This document shows positions 57,581 through 64,000 of a stretch of DNA of 64,000 nucleotides, piece by piece. Every line of letters starts with the position of its first letter. Position 1 is the stretch's first letter. Position numbers and translations under genes: made by a program. The DNA comes from Spirochaetota bacterium. Its GTDB lineage: Bacteria; Spirochaetota; UBA4802; JAFGDQ01. The stretch covers positions 33,361-97,360 of the forward strand of contig JAFGSG010000063.1 in assembly GCA_016934735.1 (NCBI GenBank), in the 5' to 3' direction. Below the pieces are notes generated by a model, which saw only the letters and a program-made list of their open reading frames with translations, did no database searches and had not been told where the DNA came from.

Positions 57581-58285
57581 CTATTCTTCAAGCCAAATGT
57601 GTGCAAATAATAAATACGATATTACCGTAATTACTACGGAATATGCAAACAGAAAAATAATATTATTACTGCCCTCGCAGCCGGTTTTACTTAAGGCAAT
57701 AAATGTAGAGTCGACTGATGTCCAGATGACGGGAAGGACAACAGGGAAAGAAATAACAGTAAAGAGCGGCCCTTTACCTTTCGCTTTTGCAGTTATAGCT
57801 GCCAGTATGGCAGTCGAGGCCGACATCGCAAGGCCGCCCGCGAACATTGTTAAGATAAAAGAACTCAGCGATTTAATGTCCAGCTGTAAAAAAAATATAT
57901 ATAAAGGAATTATTACAATCTGTAAAATTAAAAATAAGGTGACATTAAACAAAAGCTTTGAAGCAAAAATAACATCCGGCTTTGCGTTTAATCTTAAAAA
58001 AAGCGCAGTCTCCTGTTCCTCTTCTCTTGTAAAAATATGCGGAAGCCCGCTCATCGCGCTGAAAAATAATATTATCCATAATATTATTGCCTGAATTTTT
58101 TGAGGAATCAGAATACCGCCTGATGCAAGACTTATTGAAAGAGTAGAAATTACAGCGAACGAAATTGATACATAGATAGAATATCGGTTTCTGAATTCTA
58201 CCATGTAGTCTTTTTTAAGATTCTCAAAAACGCGTTTTTTCAAGATTGATCCTGCTATCACAAATGCCAGCCTCTTCATTTTCAT
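57581..58285 (-). CDS. ccmB: Haem exporter permease CcmB. The start may be at an internal Met near 58204, because the track ORF overlaps ccmA by 62 nt.
   Basis: About 6 predicted TM helices. Position after ccmA. Confidence 0.65.
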   Translation of the reverse strand: MKMKRLAFVIAGSILKKRVFENLKKDYMVEFRNRYSIYVSISFAVISTLSISLASGGILIPQKIQAIILWIILFFSAMSGLPHIFTREEEQETALFLRLNAKPDVIFASKLLFNVTLFLILQIVIIPLYIFFLQLDIKSLSSFILTMFAGGLAMSASTAILAAITAKAKGKGPLFTVISFPVVLPVIWTSVDSTFIALSKTGCEGSNNIIFLFAYSVVITVISYLLFAHIWLEE

Positions 58286-58868
58286 TAAATGCGATAATTA
58301 CGATCTTTTGAGATTTAACAGATTCTACAAGAGAATATACAGCATCCTTTCCATTATTGTCAAGGTTTGAAGTTGGTTCATCAAGAATCAGTATATGCGG
58401 ATTATGAAGGAAAGCGATTATTAATCGCATTCTTTGCTTCATGCCGGAAGAATAATATTTCAGTCTTTTATTCCTGTCATTGTATAAATCAAATTTATTC
58501 AGAAGACCGTTAAATCGTTCCACAAAACATTTTTTATTATTGCTATTGCTGATAAATGAATTAAATGCAAATTCGAGATTCTCAAGAGCGGTCAGCTCTC
58601 CATAAGGATTTATTTTCGGACTGGAGAAACCAATGTGATCCCGAATGCAGGATATTCCCGCTTCAGTGCCGTCTGCCTCGCATATCAGTTCACCTGATGT
58701 CGGCTTCTGTATACCCGCGATTATCTCCAGTAAAGTCGATTTGCCTGAACCATTCTGTCCGATTACCGCAAGTGATTTCGATGTACTTATTGAGAATTCC
58801 ATATTTTGAAATACGGTATGACTGCCGTATCTCTTTGCGAGGCTCTTTGCTTTAATATTTACTAACAT
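58224..58868 (-). CDS. ccmA: Haem exporter ATP-binding protein CcmA.
   Basis: Walker A GQNGSGKSTLL. ABC signature SSGMKQR. Walker B LILDEP. Confidence 0.8.
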   Translation of the reverse strand: MLVNIKAKSLAKRYGSHTVFQNMEFSISTSKSLAVIGQNGSGKSTLLEIIAGIQKPTSGELICEADGTEAGISCIRDHIGFSSPKINPYGELTALENLEFAFNSFISNSNNKKCFVERFNGLLNKFDLYNDRNKRLKYYSSGMKQRMRLIIAFLHNPHILILDEPTSNLDNNGKDAVYSLVESVKSQKIVIIAFNENEEAGICDSRINLEKTRF

Positions 58869-58929
58869 TTGTTAAATCGACTTTTTAATTTTTAGCAAAT
58901 CCCTGTTTCCGGAAGTATTAATATAAAAT

Positions 58930-58955
58930 GGGCTGTTAAAAGGTTTCAACAGCCC
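58930..58955 (-). terminator. Rho-independent terminator after flgE. Coordinates +/- 2 nt.
   Basis: gggctgtt-aaaaggtttc-aacagccc, an 8-bp perfect stem with an A/T-rich flank on both sides. Confidence 0.5.
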
Positions 58956-58989
58956 ATCATTAAAATTAAAATTTATAACTCAATAATAC

Positions 58990-60363
58990 TTACCTTTTAA
59001 GATTTATCAGTTCCTGAAGCATCTGATCCGATGTCACTATTGTTCTCGAGTTAGCCTGGAATCCGCGCTGTGTAATAATCATGTCGGTAAACTGCTCGGA
59101 AAGATCAACGTTAGACATTTCAAGCGTCCCTGCCGCTATCTTGCCTCTGCCCGCTTCCGAAGCAGCACCGATGTTCGGCGTGCCGGAGTTATTCGATGTT
59201 TCGAAGAGATTCTCGCCGTTAGCAGTCAGCCCGCCCGGATTTGTAAATACCGCCATACCTACCTGGCCTATAGTTTCCTTTGTGCCGTTGGAATACACTC
59301 CTGTTATAACACCGGAATCATCAATATTGAATGCCTCCATGTATCCCATGGTAAACCCGTTCTGCTCAACTGCTTTTGTAGTTGATGGGCTGGAGTATTG
59401 AGTAATGCCCTCAACAAGTCCTGCCTTGCCTAAATCCATTGCTATATTTCTGACAGTAGGATCCCCGGCGACCCTGTATTTAAAATTAACCGCTATGCTA
59501 CCCTGGTTTAGTTCGTCCGGGCTTCCTTCATCCGCTGCGGAGATAAGCCTTCCGTCAGGAGAAAAGCGCAGATTCATCCTGTTGGATGTATTAGTCTGGT
59601 CCGGCTGGTTTGCTCCCGCGGTTACATCAAGAGTAACGGGGCCGATAGAGCCTGTAATTGCAGCTGATGCAGTCCACTGATTGGGCGCTGTTTTCCAGAA
59701 TGTAAGAGTAAGCCTGTGCGGATCACCCAGCTTGTCATACACATCAATGTTGGTAGTTACTCCTGCCGAAGCCCTCATCGCACCTGTGGCATTCAAAGGT
59801 ATCACAGGCATCTTGGAATCAAGATTACATTTATATTTTATATAATCAGTTTCTTTTGCTTCAACCTTTCCGTAAATAGGTACTATTAAATCTTCTACAG
59901 TTCCGGAAGTATTAACGACTTTTTCGCCTCTTTCGTTTCTTGTTGCCATCCAGCCCTGAACCCTTAATCCGTTTGCCGGACTTACCATTGTACCGTCTTT
60001 ATCCAGCGTAAAATTTCCGGCTCTTGTATAGTATTTTTTATCGCCCTTTGCTGTTATAAAAAAACCGTCACCTGATATTGCCAGGTCAGTCTGATTGCCT
60101 GTTGTCTGCAGGCTTCCCTGAGTGAAAAGCCTGTCAATCGAAGCTATCATCATTCCAAGGCCGACCTGTTTTGGATTCACGCCTCCCTTATTCTCTTCCG
60201 GCTTCGCTGCGCCTGCGATGGTCTGCGACAGCATATCCTGGAAAGTTACTCTGCTAGTTTTAAACCCGTATGTGTTTACATTGGAGATATTGTTGCCGAC
60301 AACGTCCATCCTGGTTTGATGGTTTTTTAATCCGGATACACCGGAAAAAAGTGATCTCATCAT
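58990..60363 (-). CDS. flgE: Flagellar hook protein.
   Basis: N-terminus MMRSLFSGVSGLKNHQTRMDVVGNNISNVNTYGFK. C-terminus ...TSDQMLQELINLKR. Confidence 0.9.
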   Translation of the reverse strand: MMRSLFSGVSGLKNHQTRMDVVGNNISNVNTYGFKTSRVTFQDMLSQTIAGAAKPEENKGGVNPKQVGLGMMIASIDRLFTQGSLQTTGNQTDLAISGDGFFITAKGDKKYYTRAGNFTLDKDGTMVSPANGLRVQGWMATRNERGEKVVNTSGTVEDLIVPIYGKVEAKETDYIKYKCNLDSKMPVIPLNATGAMRASAGVTTNIDVYDKLGDPHRLTLTFWKTAPNQWTASAAITGSIGPVTLDVTAGANQPDQTNTSNRMNLRFSPDGRLISAADEGSPDELNQGSIAVNFKYRVAGDPTVRNIAMDLGKAGLVEGITQYSSPSTTKAVEQNGFTMGYMEAFNIDDSGVITGVYSNGTKETIGQVGMAVFTNPGGLTANGENLFETSNNSGTPNIGAASEAGRGKIAAGTLEMSNVDLSEQFTDMIITQRGFQANSRTIVTSDQMLQELINLKR

Positions 60364-60503
60364 GGCGATTTTGCTCCTGAATCAAAAAAAATTTTTAAAA
60401 ATTTATTTCTCTCAATCCCTTCTGGAAGCACGATTTCAAAATGATTTTTCTCAAATCGAACTTCTTCAGGAATTTTGCCCAGCACGTCAGGCGGGACTCA
60501 CTG

Positions 60504-61049
60504 TTAATTAACTTTACCCTGTCCGTCTGCCTTATTAGTATCGTTAGTTTTTATATTATCTTTAGCAGTATTATTATTGCTTTCATTTATTTTTCCGGTT
60601 TTATTATCAGGCTCATTTGTGTAAACAGCATGTATATCATTTAAACCGATTTCCCTTCCGTTTACCGTAAGTCTTATTTCGTTATTTTTATAAAATATAG
60701 AAGTTACAAGACCTTCAACCTTTATGCCGGTTACCGGATCAAATGCCTTTACGTTTTTCCCGAGCAGAGAATACGCTTCCGCTGATCTTGAGGTTTTATT
60801 AAGCTCCTGAACAGATTTGTTTACATTCGTCATCTGCTCCAGCGCGGAGAATTGTGCCATCTGAGATATGAACTCCTTATTCTCCATCGGCTGGGTCGGG
60901 TCCTGATGTCTAAGTTCAGTTACTAATAACTTTAAAAACGCATCCTTATCCAAATTTTCATTCCCAACCTTATTTTTCCTGGGGGAATTCATTATATTGA
61001 TATTTTCATTTTTTATAGAATTGTTAATCACTGCTGTATTATTTTCCAT
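60504..61049 (-). CDS. flgD: Flagellar hook capping / assembly protein.
   Basis: KDAFLKLLVTELRHQDPTQPMENKEFISQMAQFSALEQM. Confidence 0.8.
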   Translation of the reverse strand: MENNTAVINNSIKNENINIMNSPRKNKVGNENLDKDAFLKLLVTELRHQDPTQPMENKEFISQMAQFSALEQMTNVNKSVQELNKTSRSAEAYSLLGKNVKAFDPVTGIKVEGLVTSIFYKNNEIRLTVNGREIGLNDIHAVYTNEPDNKTGKINESNNNTAKDNIKTNDTNKADGQGKVN

Positions 61050-61070
61050 TGATAGCGCCTCCGTTATTCC

Positions 61071-62546
61071 TTATATTATTAAATCGATTTCGCCATTGTG
61101 CACATATAATGAATTCGACTCATATTCCGCACCTGCCGCAACCGTCTGCCTTCTGCCTGCTGAATGTAAAGCAGCTTCTTTGTTAAAATCGAATAACGAT
61201 TTCTTTTCATCTCTGACATTAACATTAAAATTCCCGACAGATATTCCGTCTTCCTGCAGCCTGTCTATTATAGTCTGAATATTTTCAAGAAGGGCTTCTT
61301 TAGCTTCTATGCTGTCCACTAAAAATCTGCCCATTACTACACCATGTTCAAGATTAAGGTTTACATTCACCCTGCCGAGAGATTCGGGATGCAGTCTTAT
61401 GGAAAAGCTCCCGTTGCCGCTGTCCCGAACTACTATTTTCGCGTTCAGCAAAATTGTATTCAGCTCATTGCCGAAAGAATTTCTTTTCTCAGCACCCGGG
61501 TTGCCGCTTTTTTGCAATACACCCGCACCTTCAATATCCTTTTTAAGAAAAGAGAAGCTAAAACTGGATGTGTTATCCCTTGCCTGCGATCCTTCGTTTT
61601 TATCACCAGCCGATATTTCGCTGAATAATTTCTGATTATTTATATCTTTATTTTCATTAAGAGATTCGAAATTTTTACTGATAACATTTTCAAGTTTTTG
61701 ATTATTTAAATGCTGTCTTATCTCATTAACCAGCCTGGAAATCTGTTTTTTTAAAATCCCGATATCTGATGATTCAATAATATTTTCCGGGTCTTTAATA
61801 TTGCGGGCATCATTGCTTCTAAAATTCTTATGGCCTATGCGTGCGTGCGCTGTCTCCAGCAGATTTCTTAATCTTTCGAGCATTTTTTTTAATTCATGCC
61901 CGTTTAAAGCAATGTGCGGATTTTTATCCGTAACAATATTTTTATTATTCTTTTGCTCAAGAAAATCTTTTAATTCCGAAAGCGTTGTCCTGATATCCTG
62001 GATCTGCTTCTTGTCAAAATGCAGGCCCTTAATCAGATTTAATAAAAAATTAATCTCTTTCAGCAGTACAGGAATATCATCACGAATATCTTCATTTTGA
62101 TTTTTTATTGTATTTTCCTGAGCGTTTTTCTGTATTCTTTCCTTTTGTTCTAATTTATCTTCGCTTTTATTTTTACTTTTTACGCCCGGTTCAGCATTAT
62201 CTGTTTTATGAATATCTTCCTGCCCGCTACTATGAAAACTATTATTTCCTCTAATTGTTTTATCATCATCTGCAATTTGTCTATTCCCGCCTTTAATTGA
62301 TGTATCCAGTCTTTCAAACGACGGATTTTCCGAATTATTTTTGTCTATATTAGATATGTCATTCTTTTCATGATTGATTATTTGATTCTCATTTGAATTT
62401 ACGCTGTAAAGATTATCCTGAAGAAAGCTGTCGAAACTCCGGGATGAGGCAGATAAATCTTTAATTAATCCGTTGAGATCCGACGGAGATGCCGAAGCTG
62501 AATTTCCTAAAGACTTTAATATACTGATACTGGAACAATACTGCAT
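61071..62546 (-). CDS. fliK: Flagellar hook-length control protein.
   Basis: Low-complexity N/K-rich body. Conserved Flg_hook C-terminal region SFSIRLHPESLGRVNVNLNLEHGVVMGRFLVDS. Position upstream of flgD-flgE. Confidence 0.7.
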   Translation of the reverse strand: MQYCSSISILKSLGNSASASPSDLNGLIKDLSASSRSFDSFLQDNLYSVNSNENQIINHEKNDISNIDKNNSENPSFERLDTSIKGGNRQIADDDKTIRGNNSFHSSGQEDIHKTDNAEPGVKSKNKSEDKLEQKERIQKNAQENTIKNQNEDIRDDIPVLLKEINFLLNLIKGLHFDKKQIQDIRTTLSELKDFLEQKNNKNIVTDKNPHIALNGHELKKMLERLRNLLETAHARIGHKNFRSNDARNIKDPENIIESSDIGILKKQISRLVNEIRQHLNNQKLENVISKNFESLNENKDINNQKLFSEISAGDKNEGSQARDNTSSFSFSFLKKDIEGAGVLQKSGNPGAEKRNSFGNELNTILLNAKIVVRDSGNGSFSIRLHPESLGRVNVNLNLEHGVVMGRFLVDSIEAKEALLENIQTIIDRLQEDGISVGNFNVNVRDEKKSLFDFNKEAALHSAGRRQTVAAGAEYESNSLYVHNGEIDLII

Positions 62547-62666
62547 TAAATAATTCCTGTTGTTTATCTCAAATGTAACCAGGTAACGGCTGCAAAACCA
62601 TCACTGATTATTAATATCGATCTGATATATGATAAACTGAATGAAAATTATTTAAAAAATATATTT

Positions 62667-62695
62667 CGGGAACCTTTATTTATTAAAGGTTCCCG
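62667..62695. terminator. Strong bidirectional rho-independent terminator between trxA and fliK. Coordinates +/- 2 nt.
   Basis: cgggaaccttta-tttat-taaaggttcccg, a 12-bp perfect stem with T/A-rich tracts on both sides. Confidence 0.7.
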
Positions 62696-62710
62696 TGAGG
62701 AATTTTTGTT

Positions 62711-63025
62711 TTATTGAAGTTTATTTTTTAATACATTCTCAGGCTGGGTACCAATCATTCTTTCAATCTCTTTCCCGTCTTCAAAAAGAATGAGTGTGGG
62801 TATTGACTGTATGGAATATTTGCCGGCGATTTCCTGATTTTCGTCAGTGTTTACTTTTACGATCTTTGCCTTAATTTCACCGGATTGTGTTAGTTTCTCG
62901 AGTATTGGAGACTGCATTCTGCAGGGGCCGCACCATGGAGCCCAGAAGTCTACAAGCACTTTTCCCTTTGCGTCCAAAACCTCTGTTTTAAAGTTATTGT
63001 TATTTATTTCAGTTAAATTTGCCAT
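62711..63025 (-). CDS. trxA: Thioredoxin. The start is placed at the Met preceded by an aggagg RBS. The track ORF extends to 63043.
   Basis: Active site WAPWCGPC. Confidence 0.9.
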   Translation of the reverse strand: MANLTEINNNNFKTEVLDAKGKVLVDFWAPWCGPCRMQSPILEKLTQSGEIKAKIVKVNTDENQEIAGKYSIQSIPTLILFEDGKEIERMIGTQPENVLKNKLQ

Positions 63026-63159
63026 AAATCCTCCTATTACCAATGTAACATATTTAAATTATCAGTAAAATTATAACAAGTGTCAAATATAATATTACTA
63101 AAACAATGTTAAAAATTACTAACGGAATACGCGATACCGGCCTTCAGATTAAATAAAAA

Positions 63160-64000
63160 TTATCCCATCTTTTCAAGATTCGCATACTTTTCTAAAAATG
63201 TTTTACTTCTGCCGTTAAAGCTTATTGTAAGCTTAATATTGTCGCCATTACCCTTTATGCCTGTCACTATTCCTGTTCCATATTTCGGGTGCATAACAAT
63301 TTCTCTTACCAAAAAACGGCTGCTATTCCTGCTGTCACTGCTATAATTATCATCAACTGTCTCAATCCTGCTGTAACCGGAGTCTGACCTTCCGTAATCA
63401 AACGTGTTCACTGTTCTGGAGGCGAATTCGCCGGAAAAATATTCAGCGGGTTCAAGTAATTCTTCCGGAATTTCGTGTATAAATCTTGAAGGAATTTTAT
63501 ATCTAAGTTCACTGAAGCTTCTCCTCATCCCGGCGTTTGTAATATACAACTTGTTCATGGCACGTGTGATCCCGACATAACAGAGTCTTCTCTCTTCTTC
63601 AAGCCCTTCCTCTGTATCACTTGACATGCTGTGCGGAAATGTTCCATCCTCCATACCTGTTAAAAAGACAACCGGGAACTCAAGGCCCTTCGCGATATGT
63701 ACAGTCATAAGAGTAATTGCTCCTGTTTCATCAACTAGAGCAGGGTCCTCTTCGGATGAAAGAAGTGAAACAGTCTGCAGAAATTCATCCAGCGTTACCC
63801 GCATGTTCATTGCTTCATAATCATAAATACTGTTTAAAAACTCGGCGATGTTCTCAAGCCTTGCCCTGCTTTCAAGCGTATCTTCATCCTCCAGGTTTTT
63901 TTTATAACCGGATGTCTCTATAATCCCGGATACAAAATCTGCAAGGCTTAATTTATCCGGAATATCCTTTGCCGTTTCCATCCCGTCCTTAATAATCTTC
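63160..64000 (-). CDS. UvrD/PcrA-family DNA helicase, C-terminal part. 5' end lies beyond the window; the frame is open to the edge.
   Basis: Motif VI-like LMTVHIAKGLEFPVVFLTG. C-terminal UvrD-type Tudor-like tail. Confidence 0.7.
   Translation of the reverse strand, partial: KIIKDGMETAKDIPDKLSLADFVSGIIETSGYKKNLEDEDTLESRARLENIAEFLNSIYDYEAMNMRVTLDEFLQTVSLLSSEEDPALVDETGAITLMTVHIAKGLEFPVVFLTGMEDGTFPHSMSSDTEEGLEEERRLCYVGITRAMNKLYITNAGMRRSFSELRYKIPSRFIHEIPEELLEPAEYFSGEFASRTVNTFDYGRSDSGYSRIETVDDNYSSDSRNSSRFLVREIVMHPKYGTGIVTGIKGNGDNIKLTISFNGRSKTFLEKYANLEKMG

Noticed and set aside
1-64000. CRISPR arrays, tandem repeats, IS elements, integrases, tRNA/rRNA genes.
   Set aside because: No direct-repeat/spacer periodicity, no transposase- or integrase-like ORF, and no tRNA cloverleaf candidates were seen in intergenic regions. 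The window appears to be core or accessory chromosomal DNA without mobile elements.

Overview
The window is 64 kb of compact, low-GC bacterial chromosome. Outer-membrane-type proteins, System I cytochrome c maturation genes, and flgE/flgD/fliK indicate a didermic, flagellated cell. A MetF/MetV/MvhD set indicates an anaerobe. The lineage cannot be assigned from sequence alone. I found no rRNA, tRNA, CRISPR array, transposase or integrase. Gene content in order along the window:

- **1-12.1 kb, + strand: signalling island.** It comprises a PAS-GAF hybrid histidine kinase, then a three-gene small-molecule cassette, then two tandem paralogous membrane-anchored kinases, then a REC-PAS-HK-REC hybrid kinase.
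  - The cassette is an alpha-oxoamine synthase (CqsA/LqsA/SPT/BioF family), an FAD oxidoreductase, and a FemAB-like GNAT.
  - The tandem kinases have XylR-A/V4R-like cytoplasmic sensor domains. One has lost the phosphoacceptor His (His to Asp) and the other has degenerate ATP-binding motifs.
- **12.1-28.2 kb, - strand: nitrogen and C1 block.** It contains canonical gltD-gltB; an archaeal-type split glutamate synthase (amidotransferase+GXGXG fusion plus two ferredoxin/FMN-domain paralogs) co-operonic with metF-metV-mvhD; and gdhA.
- **28.5-54.3 kb: mixed housekeeping and accessory genes.** These include a PEP/pyruvate-binding (PPDK_N) protein with a degenerate KaiC-like N-terminus, a MoxR-VWA-ATPase triad, four consecutive secreted Trp/Tyr-rich proteins, carB, tsaD, ctpA, lepB, guaA, purE, smpB and two more receiver-kinases.
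- **54.3-64 kb: ccmABCDEF and flagellar hook genes.** The ccm operon has a CxxxY-type CcmE and no ccmGH. It is followed by flgE-flgD-fliK, trxA and a partial uvrD/pcrA.

The best candidate for an undescribed system is the 2.6-9.9 kb module. My reading is that the biosynthetic cassette makes a small-molecule signal and the complementary-degenerate kinase pair receives it; that is inference from domain content and context.
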